DNA of 64,000 nucleotides, taken from Candidatus Latescibacterota bacterium (GTDB lineage: Bacteria; Latescibacterota; UBA2968; UBA8231). A program made the position numbers and the translations under genes. Below are positions 28,405 through 39,904 of this stretch, one piece after another (within the stretch, counting starts at the first letter, position 1; every line of letters begins with the position of its first letter). The stretch is taken from NCBI GenBank assembly GCA_965204725.1, contig OZ242005.1:1-64000 (forward strand), given 5' to 3'. A model generated the notes under the pieces. That model was given only the letters and a program-made list of their open reading frames with translations. It did not search any database and was not told the origin of the DNA.

Positions 28405-29616
28405 ATGAACCGATCTCCGCGTTTCGCGCCCACCACCGCTGGCTTGGACCTCAATGCCCTACTCAGCCCACTGCGCCGATCTTTCTGGCTGGCACTGGGG
28501 ATTGCCATCCTGCTGAACGCGGTCTTGGTCCTGCTCAATCCCTTCGAGCAGCAGGCTGAAAAAGCACCTCGGCCGCTAACCACCAAGTTTGTCAAACGCC
28601 AACCGCGCCTGACCAAGGCACTGGAGTTGCGCAAAATTCCCCAACGCAAACGCCCGATGATCCGCCGCTCAGTACGCACCGCCGCGGCCCGCATGGATCA
28701 AGTGCAGGCTACCGCGGAGTTCTCCACGCGCACCCTCATCGCTCGGGCGACTGGCATCGCGAGTATGCTCCAAGTCGGACAGAGCAACCCACAGGTGCTC
28801 CAAGAAGCACTCGAACCGATCATCGGGCTAACCGCAAACTTGGGGATCGACCGCACACCCGAGCATAAGATCGACATGGGCTTGGAGATGCTCGATGTCG
28901 ATGCCATGGACACGGGCCGCTACCGCGCCTTGGTGATACAGGACCCCAAGGACAAGCAAGGACTCAAGGGCTTTGTCAAGTTCGCCCGCGTGGTCTCGGC
29001 CACGTACATGGCCGAAACCCAGACCAATGTCGTCGATGGGGGGCTTAACAATCAGGAAATCGACATCCTGTGCGATATGCTCAACGAGTGGACCGGCTTG
29101 CGAGCCGAGTTCGTCGGCAGCTTTACCTTTGATGACGACCGCTTTCTAACGGTGCCGATCATCATCCCCCAAGGCGAGCCCAACGAAAACGAGTTGGACA
29201 ATCTGGCGCGCTATCTGCTGGCGGGGGGCTTTGTCATGGCCGAGCAATTTGACTTTGAGGGGTTTTGGACGGAGGCTCTAGAAAAATACGGGAAGCTGAT
29301 CAAAGGGCGCGATTTCTACACCGACCGCTTGCGGGAAGACCATCCGATCTTTACGGCCTACTTTGACTTGGGGGACGGCGTCGCGCAAGGGGCGACGCGC
29401 TTTGACGATCCGTACTACTGGAATGCGGTGAAGGGTTTGTTCGTCAAGGGGCGGTTGGTGGCCGTGCCCCGGGCCAACTCGGGTATCGGGGGGTATTTGG
29501 GCTTTGTCAGCGACCGCGATTCGACCCGCATCCTACAGTTTGCAATCAACACCGTGATCTACGCACTGACCCAAGAAGGGTCCATGACGCAGCGGTTGAT
29601 GCAGATTGTACACTGA
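28405..29616 (+). CDS. Membrane-anchored DUF4159-like protein
   Basis: N-terminal TM; ELDNLARYLLAGGF, DHPIF.AYF and NTVIYALTQEG motifs. Confidence 0.7.
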   Translation: MNRSPRFAPTTAGLDLNALLSPLRRSFWLALGIAILLNAVLVLLNPFEQQAEKAPRPLTTKFVKRQPRLTKALELRKIPQRKRPMIRRSVRTAAARMDQVQATAEFSTRTLIARATGIASMLQVGQSNPQVLQEALEPIIGLTANLGIDRTPEHKIDMGLEMLDVDAMDTGRYRALVIQDPKDKQGLKGFVKFARVVSATYMAETQTNVVDGGLNNQEIDILCDMLNEWTGLRAEFVGSFTFDDDRFLTVPIIIPQGEPNENELDNLARYLLAGGFVMAEQFDFEGFWTEALEKYGKLIKGRDFYTDRLREDHPIFTAYFDLGDGVAQGATRFDDPYYWNAVKGLFVKGRLVAVPRANSGIGGYLGFVSDRDSTRILQFAINTVIYALTQEGSMTQRLMQIVH

Positions 29617-29637
29617 GCGGGGCCTCCGATGCCTTCG

Positions 29638-30699
29638 TCATGCTAAATGCTCGACATTCGGCAGGGCCGCGCCGACCCGCTGGGCGCAATCTAGGATTTG
29701 CCGCCAAGTCTCTTCCTCGACGACCACACCGGCCTGCCGCTGCTGTCGCTCGCGCTTTTCCAACTCTCCGGGCAGCAAAATGGCGGCGACGCCAGCGGCC
29801 TTGGGCGAGGCCCGCAAATAGGCTGCGAACGCCCGCACTTGGGCCGCGTACTCGGCTAGCGGCTGAAAGTGCCCAATGTTGATGACCAGCAAGAAGCAGC
29901 CGTTGCCGATCCGCTCCTTTCGGCCCCGCGCACAACCCGCCCCACTCAGTGCCCCGCCCAACAACTCTACCACGACTCCGAGTCCGTAGCCCCTGTGGCC
30001 CATGACGCCGCCAAAGGGCAAGAGGCTGCCTCGCGGCTCGTCGTAAAAGTCTGCGGGATTGGTTGATGGCTGGCCAGCCGCGTTGAGGATCCAGCCCTCG
30101 GGGACCGGCTCGCCACGATTGCGCTTGACTCGCACCTTGCCCTCGGCCACCACGCTGGTCGTGATGTCCAGCACGAGTGCTCCGCCCTCTCCGTCTGGCC
30201 AGCCGCCCGCCAGCGGGTTGGTGCCCAAGCGCCCGGCGATGCCGCCCCAAGGGGCTACGCTGGCCCCGCCGCCGTGCGAGTTGGCGCAGAGCAGGCCGAT
30301 CATGTTCGCCTCGGCGACGCGCTCCACATAGCTGCCGAGACGCCCGATGTGGTTGGAGTTTTTAACGGTTATGGCCGCGACCCCGCAGTGGCCGGCGCGC
30401 TCTAAACCCATCTCCACCGCTTGGTTCATCACGACTTGGCCAAACCCCCAGTGCCCGTTGAGCACGGCCGCCGCGGCTGTCTGGCGCACCACTTCAACCT
30501 CGGCGTGGGGAACGATCTCGCCCTTTTCAATGGTGCTTATGTATTGGGGAATTCGGATGACGCCGTGCGAGTCGTGCCCCACGGCATTGGCATCGGCCAG
30601 CAGCTCGGCGACGACAGCGGCCGCCGCCGGAGGCGCGCCGACCGCCGCGAAGATGGCTGCGCCGACTTGGCGCAAGTATTCGATGGAAAATGTGGGCAT
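29638..30699 (-). CDS. Ldh_2 (malate/L-lactate dehydrogenase-like) oxidoreductase
   Basis: GHDSHGV, NHIGRLG, GTNPL, DITTS and GHRGYGL motifs. Confidence 0.9.
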   Translation of the reverse strand: MPTFSIEYLRQVGAAIFAAVGAPPAAAAVVAELLADANAVGHDSHGVIRIPQYISTIEKGEIVPHAEVEVVRQTAAAAVLNGHWGFGQVVMNQAVEMGLERAGHCGVAAITVKNSNHIGRLGSYVERVAEANMIGLLCANSHGGGASVAPWGGIAGRLGTNPLAGGWPDGEGGALVLDITTSVVAEGKVRVKRNRGEPVPEGWILNAAGQPSTNPADFYDEPRGSLLPFGGVMGHRGYGLGVVVELLGGALSGAGCARGRKERIGNGCFLLVINIGHFQPLAEYAAQVRAFAAYLRASPKAAGVAAILLPGELEKRERQQRQAGVVVEEETWRQILDCAQRVGAALPNVEHLA

Positions 30700-30845
30700 A
30701 ATTATCGGGGTATGGCCGCGGCCAGCGCCGCGAGCAGGTCACGCGCCTGCGCCGCGGAGAGCTTGGCTCGCCGCCGTGCTTTGTCGATTAGGGTTTCGGA
30801 ATTAGTCAAGGGAAGGATCCCATTTCGTTTTAAGGCGGTTTCTCA

Positions 30846-31774
30846 GAGGCTGTCTGAAAACTCCATTTTCTATTTGATTCTTTTGAGTAACAGGTGGATC
30901 ATAGCAATCTGGATCAAGGCTTCGCTATGGCGGGTCAACACCTCATAATCTCGGGCATGACGGCGCGAGTTCATCACCCATGCCAAGGTACGCTCGACGA
31001 CCCAACGGCGTTTGAGTACGGTAAATCCGGGGCCTTGTTTGGCGACGACTTCCAAGTCAATCTTGTGCGTCTTTTTTAGGTTGGCCACCCATGTTCGGAT
31101 CGCCTCGCCTCGATAGCCGCCATCGCCCCACAGTTTGCGTAACCGGGCTACGCCGGACGTCCCCAAGCGGGTCAACACCTGCTGCAAGCCGTCTCGATCG
31201 GATACATCGGCGGCGGTGACCACCACCTGTCGAAGCAAGCCTGAGGCGTCGACCAGCAGATGCCGTTTTCGGCCTTGAACCTTCTTGCCCGCGTCGTAAC
31301 CGGTTGTTTTACCATGGGTTGCCGTTTTGATGGTCTGACTATCGATACAGCCCGCCGAGGGCGTGGCCGGCCGGCCGTTGCGGCGGCGTTCCTGCTGGGT
31401 GAGCCGTTCCAACACCCGCGGCCAGACCCCGTGCCGGCTCCAGCGACGGAAGTAATCATACACCGTTTTCCACGGGCCAAAACAAGCCGGTAACAACGCC
31501 CAAGGACACCCCGTCTTGTTCAGATACAAAAGCCCGTTGACGATCGGACGCCGATCCCGCGGCGGCCGACCCGGACCGTTGGGGCGCCACCGCGGAGCCG
31601 GCAGCAACGGTTCGATCTGCTGCCATTGCACATCGGTTACATCGGTTGCATATTGGCCACTGGGCGTACTCATCATACGAGCCTTTCTGTTCAGATTTTG
31701 TGGTGAAACCTGAATATGGCCTGATGAGTACGCCGATTCAAATACGACTACATAATGGGTTTTCAGACAGCCTC
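30846..31774 (-). mobile_element. IS5-family (IS1031-like) insertion sequence
   Basis: Perfect 15-bp IRs GAGGCTGTCTGAAAA (30846-30860) and TTTTCAGACAGCCTC (31760-31774); flanks are TCA and TTA. Confidence 0.9.
30870..31676 (-). CDS. IS5-family transposase
   Basis: TGCPWALLP, IDSQ, GRKRH.LVD, DGGY and RWVVERT motifs. Confidence 0.92.
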   Translation of the reverse strand: MMSTPSGQYATDVTDVQWQQIEPLLPAPRWRPNGPGRPPRDRRPIVNGLLYLNKTGCPWALLPACFGPWKTVYDYFRRWSRHGVWPRVLERLTQQERRRNGRPATPSAGCIDSQTIKTATHGKTTGYDAGKKVQGRKRHLLVDASGLLRQVVVTAADVSDRDGLQQVLTRLGTSGVARLRKLWGDGGYRGEAIRTWVANLKKTHKIDLEVVAKQGPGFTVLKRRWVVERTLAWVMNSRRHARDYEVLTRHSEALIQIAMIHLLLKRIK

Positions 31775-34110
31775 TTAGAAAACTGCACAGCGTATCCAAG
31801 CGACTTGCAGTTGACATACGGCGGGTTCCCAACAATCACGTCAAATCCCCCCCTGTACATGACATCGTAGAACTCGACAAACCAGTGGAAGGGCTGGTGG
31901 CTGGTACGCCATTTCTGGTAGGCAGTCTCGTCGTCAGGCTTGACGCCGTACTCGGTCGCTAAGTAGCTGTCCAGTTCGCCTCGCAATTCATCAAGCCGCT
32001 CCTTCAGTCCGACCTTTGCCGGCGCAAAGTCGCCCGAGTCCATGCCTTCATCCGTCTGCATACGCTGAAACATACGAAAGGCTTGGGCGGCGATCTCGGC
32101 GCGTTCCTCAATGCCCGGTAGAGCCAACTGCTTGATTAGGTCGCCACTCAGCATCTGTTGGATTTCCCCCAGCGAAGTAAATCCAACCAAGGTATTGCCG
32201 GCGCGGATGTTGAAATCAATGTCCGGCAGCGGCTCGATCTGGTCGTAGGTCTTCAACTGAGCGACTAACTTGAGAAACAAACGCAGCTTACATATCTCGA
32301 CCGCCTCTTCCATAATGTCCACGCCATACAGATTGTTGAGCACGATAGACTTGAGGATGAAATACCGGGTGCTGGGATGCTTCTTGACCTTCTCTAAAAC
32401 GTCCCTGAAGTCGCTGAGTGCTTTTGGATGATGAGGCCGCTCGGTCCGCTCAAGATCGTTGCGGAAGCCCTGCATTCCTTCCAGACATGCCGTGTAGAGC
32501 GGTTCAAGGATGTTTAGCGCGGCGAACAGGAACGCGCCAGAGCCGCACGTGGGATCGAGCACGGACACATCGCGCATCCCATGCCAAAACGCACGCAGAA
32601 GCTCCGGCCCTTCGCTCTGGACGATGACATCCTTTGCGAACTGTTCGATGTCCAAGTTCAGAGTGATGAGGTCGTTGACGTCTTGAACCTTGCCCGAGGC
32701 GAGTTGTTCACGGACTTCGGCGTGTCGCTGGCGGCGGGCCACCACCTCGCGCCAAGTTTCGGTAGGCAGCGCGTATTCATCAGCAGCCGGACTGTTCCAT
32801 TCACCTCGCTTGGACACATCATCGATTCCTGCGGCTATCTCCTCCGGTAGCTCAATGGGCCGTTCTAAACGCTCGGGATCGACATCCGGTGAGTATCTCC
32901 AAGCTACTCCGTGCGCCACAGCGGGGTAGATATACAGATCGGGGTCGTCCTGCAAGAGCCTCCACACGCCGCCACCCGGCGAGAACACCACCGGGCATTT
33001 CTTCTTTGCAGCATCGAAGAGGAATGGGATGACCGTGTTTCGGGTGATATAGCCGGTGATGTCCTCCTTGGTATAATAGGCCCCCATCTGCTTCTGGTTG
33101 ATGTACTTCTCGAAGATGTATCCGAGAACGTCGGGATTGATCTCGTTGTCTTCCCTGCGAGGCCGCTCGTCTAGGTGCCAGCGGTAGCCCTCAAAGAAGG
33201 TGAACACCCTCTCGAATGCCTCGTCCGGGATACTGATGTCGGGGTTGTCCCGCTCCAAATCGTGAACATCGAACAGGCCGCCGTTGAGGAACGGCACCTT
33301 GCCCAGCAACTCGGCTAGCTCGGGTGCCCTTTCGGATTCCGGCTGTCCCAGCCCTTCGTGGAACAGCCGTAGCAGGAAAATGCGATAGAACTGTTGGAAC
33401 TGCCCGGCCCCCGTCTTCTGCTGTACCATGCGCAGACGGTTGCGGAGGTAGTCGGTGTCATCATCAAGGAAACCCTGCTTCTGGACGAAGTAGATGAACA
33501 TCATACGGTTGAGCATCAAGGATGCGTACCACTCCCTGCCCCCCTGCTCAGCGATGCCATTGATGAAGCCTTGGAATGCGTCGAGTTCTTGCCTGAATCG
33601 CTCGTAGAACTGCTTGGTGACCTTTTCGACATCCATCGCCTGCTTAACCCGTGACGCGACCTTGGCGACGCCGAGACTCTCTTCCTCGTCGAGGCTAAAC
33701 GCGATTTCCCGAAGGCTTTGTAGGAAAGGATCGCCCTGCTGGCTGCTGTGATACTGTTGCTCGCGGCAGGCGTCGGGCTTGCCACTCTCTCGCCTGACCC
33801 ACTGCCTGACCAGTGAGGTGTGTTCGGCATCGACAAAGATGATAATATGCTCGAACGCCAGCTTGGCGACTCGGCGTTCTATCTTTCGTCTGATCGGGTA
33901 CGGCGGGACTAAACCGTCGGCATCCGCGCCGCAGACATAGACGACGTAACTGGCCTTCTCCGCCACAGGCTCCAGCGCGTAGTCATGCCCATCCAGCGAA
34001 ATCTGTACTGGTTCGGCCTCGTAGTGGTTCCACCCTAAGCCTTCCACGAAGAGGCCTCGGAAGTCGAAGCTATGGAGGTATGGACGGAGTTGATCGATAG
34101 TCACTTGCAT
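31775..34110 (-). pseudogene. Type IIG/Eco57I-like adenine methyltransferase truncated by IS5
   Basis: GAYYT, LDPTCGSGAFL and GNPPY motifs; the frame runs into the IS 12 codons after NPPY and no specificity domain follows. Confidence 0.8.
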
Positions 34111-36408
34111 CAGGCACCCTCTCTGTCTGTGTCAAAGAGTCCCAAGGAGCAGATGATTCGCGGTTCTTGGACCTCAGCGGTGTCCCTGTCAGTTACGCAC
34201 AGCCGGTCATCATTCCGCAAGGTAATGACTATATCGGCAAGTTGAGCGTTGTCAATCCCACTGCGGAGTTGCCGATTTAAGGTATCAACTGCCGACTGGC
34301 GAAGGGGATGCCGGTAGATGTCGTCGAGAGCCTTGTGTAATGCGTCAGTGTCAAACAACTGGCCCTCAATGTCGTCCGCGTACTGTTTGAGCCGGGTATA
34401 GGTGCGGAACCGTGCGCCGGAGGGCTGCCCAAGCTGACCGCCAACTCTCTTCTCCACCTTTGCGATGTGCTTGACACCATCGGCGACGAGTTGGTGGTGG
34501 CTATCGTGATGAGGCTGCGCGGAGATTTCCGGCCTGCACTCTGCGGCGGAGAGGATTTCGAGTTGGGATTCGGTGATGCTCTCGCCGTTTCTGCCCACAG
34601 CACCTTCTTGTCTGGCAAGGTCTCTGTCAGGAGCTTCTGGAGAGCTTTCAGCTTGGCATCGTGCGCTGGGTTCCAATTTCCATATCTCTGGAGCACCTGT
34701 AGGAGGGCGTCGATGTCCGACTGGAGATCGGCCTCTAGTGCCTTGCCGAAAAGGTCGGGACGGAACCAGCTAAAGCGTTTTTTGTAGCGTTTTGAATACT
34801 CTGCGTACACTTCGGCGGCCCGAGTCTCAAAATCGGATACAGTCCAAGAACCCATGCCTGTCGATTCCGAATCGCTGACCTCGATTTCCTGCTGGTCGTC
34901 GTCAGGGTCGAACATGCTTCCTTGAGCTTCGTCAACATCGGAGTCGGTAAACCTAGAATCAAGCATTTCGGCATCCTGTGTACCGATCGGTAGCGGAAGG
35001 CCATTTCGGATTGCATGAAGGAATACGTAGTTCCGCAGGATGTGACGATCCACAGACTGCAAGAAGGCCCAGCCACTGCTTTCGAGACGCTTGAACAGAT
35101 TTATCCGGCAGAATCCTATGAGTCGTTTCCCTGCTCGAGAGAGATTCTGGATCTGCTGTTTCTCCGTTGAAGACGGGGGAATCGCCGGTGAATCAGCCAC
35201 GTACGTACCTAGTCCGTATCGCGGCAGACTCAACGCACCGATAACGTCAACCACAGCTTGGGAGTATAGCTTGGCGTACCGATCTGTAGGGTCAGACTCG
35301 TCAATGGTGAACTTGATGGTCTTAGGAACGCGAGTTGGGAAGAACGACTTGCTTCCGTCCTCGTAGGTCAGGTACTTCCGACCTGTCTCGGTCTCGACTT
35401 CGGCGTAGTTGTCTTGGATGAAGCTGCGCGTCCGTCGCACCATGTACAAGCGCATCAGGTCACGCCAATCATCGGCGTACGTACTAAATTCAAAAGCCGC
35501 AAGCGTTCGCGGATTCGCTTGGTGCGTAGCACTAAAATTGACCACGCCCATGTCTCTAAGGAGCTTCTCTGGGCGGACGCCAAGATCCTGCTCTCCATCG
35601 ACGAAGAGGCGTAGCTGGCTGGACAAGTCGAGATAGGTCTTGTTATACGGAGTCGCCGATAGCAAGATGCACTTGCTGTCGTTCTCTTGGATGTATTCCT
35701 GTATCGCTCGGTATCGCTTGCCGCTTCTGTTGCGGAGGTTGTGGCTCTCATCAATGAGAACCAGCCGATAACGGCGGAGCTTGGGCAACTCGCCGATTAC
35801 TCTGCTGAGCGAGAGAACTCGTGCCCTTAGACGGTACTGGTGTGCGTAATCCTCCCACATGCTCACGAGATTCTTCGGGCAGATTATCAGTGTTTCCAGT
35901 CCGTAGTCGTCCTCGAAGATACGGGCGACCGCCGTGGCCATCAGCGTCTTGCCAAGCCCAACCACATCGCCGATCAGGACGCCATTGCGCTTGTTCAGGT
36001 GATGGGCCGCTATCTTCACTGCGGCTGTCTGGAAGTCGAACATGCGGTTGCCGAAGTCCCGGGGAATCTTGAACTCAGCGAGGCCCGCACGAGCCTCGTG
36101 AGACAAGTGATAGGCCATTTTGAGATAGACCCAGTACGGTGGTATCAGATCCGGCCGTGCCCAACTCTCCTCGATAACTTTGATCAACTCTTCGGTGATG
36201 TCCATGCAGAACTTATCGGTCCACCTATCCTCGAACCACTTGCTCAGCTTTTTGCAGGCGTCTTGATCGAGCACATCTACGTTCAGTTCACCTTGGCTCG
36301 GTTGAAGTATCCGACGCAGAAGTCTGCGTGGTCGGATAGCCCCAGAGTCGTCTGGAGAACGGGCAGAAGTCTGGAGTCAGGCGTCAGGTTGTCGAGAATT
36401 TGCGGCAT
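34110..36408 (-). pseudogene. PLD-SNF2-like helicase in three fragments (two internal deletions)
   Basis: Fragment 1: MPQILDN...FCVGYFN. Fragment 2 (new frame): QGELNVDVLD...DVVGLGKT...DESHN...SATP...KKVL. Fragment 3 (new frame): GRNGESITESQLEIL...PRIICSLGL. HKD and helicase-C motifs are absent. Confidence 0.75.
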
Positions 36409-36425
36409 GGCTTGGGCTGTCCCGA

Positions 36426-37319
36426 CTAGTCGCCTAGATCGTTGGCCTGCAACCGCGCCGGCACCCCCACTGGCACGCCGCCGCGACACACCACCGGAAA
36501 GTGCGGGCCGGCCTCGGCCATGGGCGCGCCGTCGGGCAAATCGACGAACTGCTTCATAAGGTGCTCGCCGCTTTGGTCAAAGCGCGCCGCGCCGGTCATG
36601 TAGTGGATGGCAATGGCGCGCCGGGGCCGGTGCGACTGATTGAAGGGCGAGCCGTGCCAAGTCAGGGAATGATGGAAGGAGACTTCCCCGCGCATCACCG
36701 ACCACGGCCGGGCCTCCACCTCGTCAATCTCAGCGTCGGCGGGCGGGGTAAAGCCCTGTAAGTCCTTGAAGTTTTCCAACAGCGACAAATTGCCCTGCGT
36801 GCGCAAAAACGCAATCTGGTTGCCCCACTTGTGGCTACCGGGCACCATCCACATGCAGCCGTTGTCCTCGGTCGCGTCGTCCAAGGGAATCCACGCCGAG
36901 ACCGGCGTCATCGGCTTGATAATGGGCCACAAGGGCGCGTCTTGATGCCAGTGGGTTGAGCCGCCGTAGCGGGCGGGTTTGTACTGAATCTGGTCGTGCC
37001 AGACCATGAGGTCGTCATGGCCGGTGAGCTGGCTGATCCCGCGGACGACGGCCGGGTGGTAAATCAGCCGCTCCCAAGCCGGCGCGGCTTCCCAGATATT
37101 GACAATCTGCCACACCGGATGTTCGCTGACGCCGGCCCCGCCGGCTAGGTCGCGGAAGGATACCGGCTGCGCCTCGCTTGGGGCAAAGCCGTCCGGGCCT
37201 TTGGTTAAAATTTCGTCGAGCGCGTCGCTCAGTTCGCCTAATTCCTCGTCGGCGAGTACGCGCCCGCCGTTGAGAAAGCCGTTGCGGTGGAATGCGTCAA
37301 TCTGTGCTTGCGCGAGCAT
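36426..37319 (-). CDS. PhyH family dioxygenase
   Basis: WHQDAP, NGCMWMVPGSH and HGSPFN...RRA motifs; start taken at MLAQAQ. Confidence 0.85.
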   Translation of the reverse strand: MLAQAQIDAFHRNGFLNGGRVLADEELGELSDALDEILTKGPDGFAPSEAQPVSFRDLAGGAGVSEHPVWQIVNIWEAAPAWERLIYHPAVVRGISQLTGHDDLMVWHDQIQYKPARYGGSTHWHQDAPLWPIIKPMTPVSAWIPLDDATEDNGCMWMVPGSHKWGNQIAFLRTQGNLSLLENFKDLQGFTPPADAEIDEVEARPWSVMRGEVSFHHSLTWHGSPFNQSHRPRRAIAIHYMTGAARFDQSGEHLMKQFVDLPDGAPMAEAGPHFPVVCRGGVPVGVPARLQANDLGD

Positions 37320-37345
37320 GGTCCATCCTTTCGGGGTAAAGCGTT

Positions 37346-39835
37346 TTACTGCATTCGCCGGAGCAGTTCGCCCCGAGCCTCGTTGAACAGGCCAATCAGC
37401 CGCTGGCGGATCGCCTCGTCGCGGAAGACGCCCATCCTTTCGGCCCAAGCGATGCCGCCTTCGAGGTGCGTCAGCAGATAATGGCCCTCGGCCGGCACAA
37501 AGGCGCAGCGCCGACCCACGTCGATGTAAATCGGCGAGGAATGGGCCATCACCGGGCCGGCGTCCGTGTGATGCGGCCCCCAGCAGCGAGCCGCAACCCA
37601 GCAGGAGCGCTCGGCCTTGAGCTTGAACCTCAGCTCGATCTGCCGGGCGGCCGGGGCGGCGACCTCGCGCGCCACAGACTCGCCATTGCAAATAAGCTCC
37701 AGCCCGGTAAGCGGCCAGACGCTTTCGGCCCTCGCCACGACCTCGACCGTGCCGCCGGTGCCGGGCAGGTGAATTTCCTCGCCCATCTCCCGGCCTTCGA
37801 CCTGTAGGTCGATCATCGCGCCGGTGCTGGCAAACGCTTGGCCGCGGCGCACGGCTTGGCACCAGTTGTCAAAGGTAAATTCCTCGCCGTCGCGCAGCTT
37901 GATGTACGTGCGCGAACCGCCCAAAATGCGGCCGTTGGACATCTTGTCGGTGCCGCCGACAAGCGGCAGCTTCTGGCCCACATTGAGCCAACGGTAGTAC
38001 CCCCGCTCGGCCGAACTGATCTGTTCGCCCTGCCAAATCCAGCACATCTCGCCAGCGTCGGCGTGGCCCAAGACGATGTTGGCCGCGTTTTCAAAATCGG
38101 GCAACGGTATATGCGGCATAACGACCAACCCGCCTTGTTTTTTGCACTCCTCGGCCCAATCGGCCATCAGCGCATCGACCGACCCCCCGACCCAATCCTC
38201 GCTGGCACCGCCGGTGCAGATGGGCGCGACCAGTTCCTTGAGCCCGAGCAGGCTGATGTGGCCGAGCACATGCTGCCGGTTTTCTTGGCTGACCCAAACC
38301 AAGTGATTGTCGCTGCTAGTCGGGGCCAAGCCGCCGGTAAACTCCTCCCACGAGGTAAAGAGCCGGCCCCACTGGCTGACCAACAGATGCACCACGTTGA
38401 GATCCTCGCCCTCGGCCTCTAAGTGGGCCGACTGGGACGAGAGGAAATGCACGTGGGTATCCCCCGAATAGTAGCCGCGCTGCTTCATGTCAAAGGCGCG
38501 TTTGATCTTGAGCGTCAGGGCGCGCTGACCGGGCTTGATCTCAACGCGCTGGCGCAGCGGCTGGTACTCAAAGCCGCGCACTACCTCGGCGTACACCGGG
38601 CCGATGGGCAAGTCGATCTGGCAGGTACCGTCGATATAGGCGTAGGGCACTCCCCCGGTCTTGCAATCGCCGCCCATGTCCTCAAACCACGCCACATTGA
38701 CGTCGGCTTGGTGACCGTGCGGGGCCAGATAGGCTCCGTGCTCCGAGCGGAAGTGGACGCGGGTTCCCACCGGCTGGCCGGTATCCGCGTCCTCAACCCG
38801 CACGTGGACCCACTGCTTGCCGGTGGGTGCGACGACCTCGATCCGCACTTTGCCTTGGGCGACCTTCTTCTCTTTGAGCACTTCGCCCCAGCAGACGCGC
38901 TCTTCGATGTCGTCTCCGGCCTTGATGGCGAGCTGACCTGCGGCTGAGCCGTGGATTTCCAGATAGCCACCGGCGACCGTCTCCCCGCTGCCTCGTCCCC
39001 AGCCGGCCTCCGCGGAGGAGAGGAAGTCTGCGCTCGGCACCCACAGTTGATCGCGGCGCACGATCTCGCCGCGCTCCATCGCCACTTCGGGCACTCCTTC
39101 GGCATCGACCCGCAGGGCCACCTCCTGCCGCGCCGGCCAAGCAAACGGATCGCCCTCTTCGTGGCAGAGCGTAAGGCCGGCCAACGCGAGTGCCGTCGGG
39201 CTAGCGGCCGACACCACGACCGCTGCAATCTCCTCGTCGGGCGCGGGATTTTCCCAGTCGTAGAGCCACCAGCCTTGGAGGTCGCTACCCTCGCGGGTAA
39301 AAGCCCCGGTCTGCACCATGCCATAGCCGTGCTCGCGGCTGTCCAGCGGCACGGAGTGGAAGTGGCGGCAATTGCGGCAGAGAAAGGGATGGTGCCCCCA
39401 AGGCACCTGCACGTCGTGGATTTCAAAGCGGCGGCGCAGCCGCTGCTCGACAGAACTGCCATCGGCATAGAGGACGCGATAGGTTCCGATCTCCTCGCCC
39501 GTGCCTTCAACCGTGGGCGAGGCCCCCGGCACCGGCGCACAAGCGTGGGCGTAGAGGATGCGACGCGCCTTGGCGTTTATCGGAATCTCCGCCGACGCAC
39601 TCACCGCGCCCCCGGCCTTTTGCGCGACCAACACCACGGCCTTGGCCGCCCCTGCGGCTGCCAAGCGAAAGGGCACCCCCCAAAACGGCTGCTCGCCCCA
39701 AGGCAGCCCCACGAGCGGGGTGTGGTCGGGCGCGTCATCGGGCGCCGGCCACAGCTTGCCCTCTTCGGACTCAACGTTGCCGACGCCGGCGTTATAAACC
39801 GCACTCATGTCCAACGGCACAAACGAGTCGCTCAT
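37346..39835 (-). CDS. CehA/McbA-family PHP-like metallohydrolase
   Basis: YSGDTHVHF, QENR..LGH and GGTDKM motifs. Confidence 0.75.
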   Translation of the reverse strand: MSDSFVPLDMSAVYNAGVGNVESEEGKLWPAPDDAPDHTPLVGLPWGEQPFWGVPFRLAAAGAAKAVVLVAQKAGGAVSASAEIPINAKARRILYAHACAPVPGASPTVEGTGEEIGTYRVLYADGSSVEQRLRRRFEIHDVQVPWGHHPFLCRNCRHFHSVPLDSREHGYGMVQTGAFTREGSDLQGWWLYDWENPAPDEEIAAVVVSAASPTALALAGLTLCHEEGDPFAWPARQEVALRVDAEGVPEVAMERGEIVRRDQLWVPSADFLSSAEAGWGRGSGETVAGGYLEIHGSAAGQLAIKAGDDIEERVCWGEVLKEKKVAQGKVRIEVVAPTGKQWVHVRVEDADTGQPVGTRVHFRSEHGAYLAPHGHQADVNVAWFEDMGGDCKTGGVPYAYIDGTCQIDLPIGPVYAEVVRGFEYQPLRQRVEIKPGQRALTLKIKRAFDMKQRGYYSGDTHVHFLSSQSAHLEAEGEDLNVVHLLVSQWGRLFTSWEEFTGGLAPTSSDNHLVWVSQENRQHVLGHISLLGLKELVAPICTGGASEDWVGGSVDALMADWAEECKKQGGLVVMPHIPLPDFENAANIVLGHADAGEMCWIWQGEQISSAERGYYRWLNVGQKLPLVGGTDKMSNGRILGGSRTYIKLRDGEEFTFDNWCQAVRRGQAFASTGAMIDLQVEGREMGEEIHLPGTGGTVEVVARAESVWPLTGLELICNGESVAREVAAPAARQIELRFKLKAERSCWVAARCWGPHHTDAGPVMAHSSPIYIDVGRRCAFVPAEGHYLLTHLEGGIAWAERMGVFRDEAIRQRLIGLFNEARGELLRRMQ

Positions 39836-39904
39836 TACAACTTCCTTTCTAGGAGTGAAGGGCCGCTCAATATATTCCGGCCATTATCCCCAAACAAGAC
39901 GGCC

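Noticed and set aside
36299-36301. Programmed frameshift joining the helicase fragments
   Set aside because: No slippery sequence, and whole conserved domains are missing, so a deletion is the better explanation
31775-36408. BREX or DISARM system
   Set aside because: No pglZ, brxC or drmA/B partners; fits a two-gene helicase plus IIG-like methylase module
15257-36425. Integrative element or prophage boundaries for the defence region
   Set aside because: No integrase, tRNA or att-like direct repeats detected by eye; core-like genes (DUF4159, Ldh_2) interrupt the region
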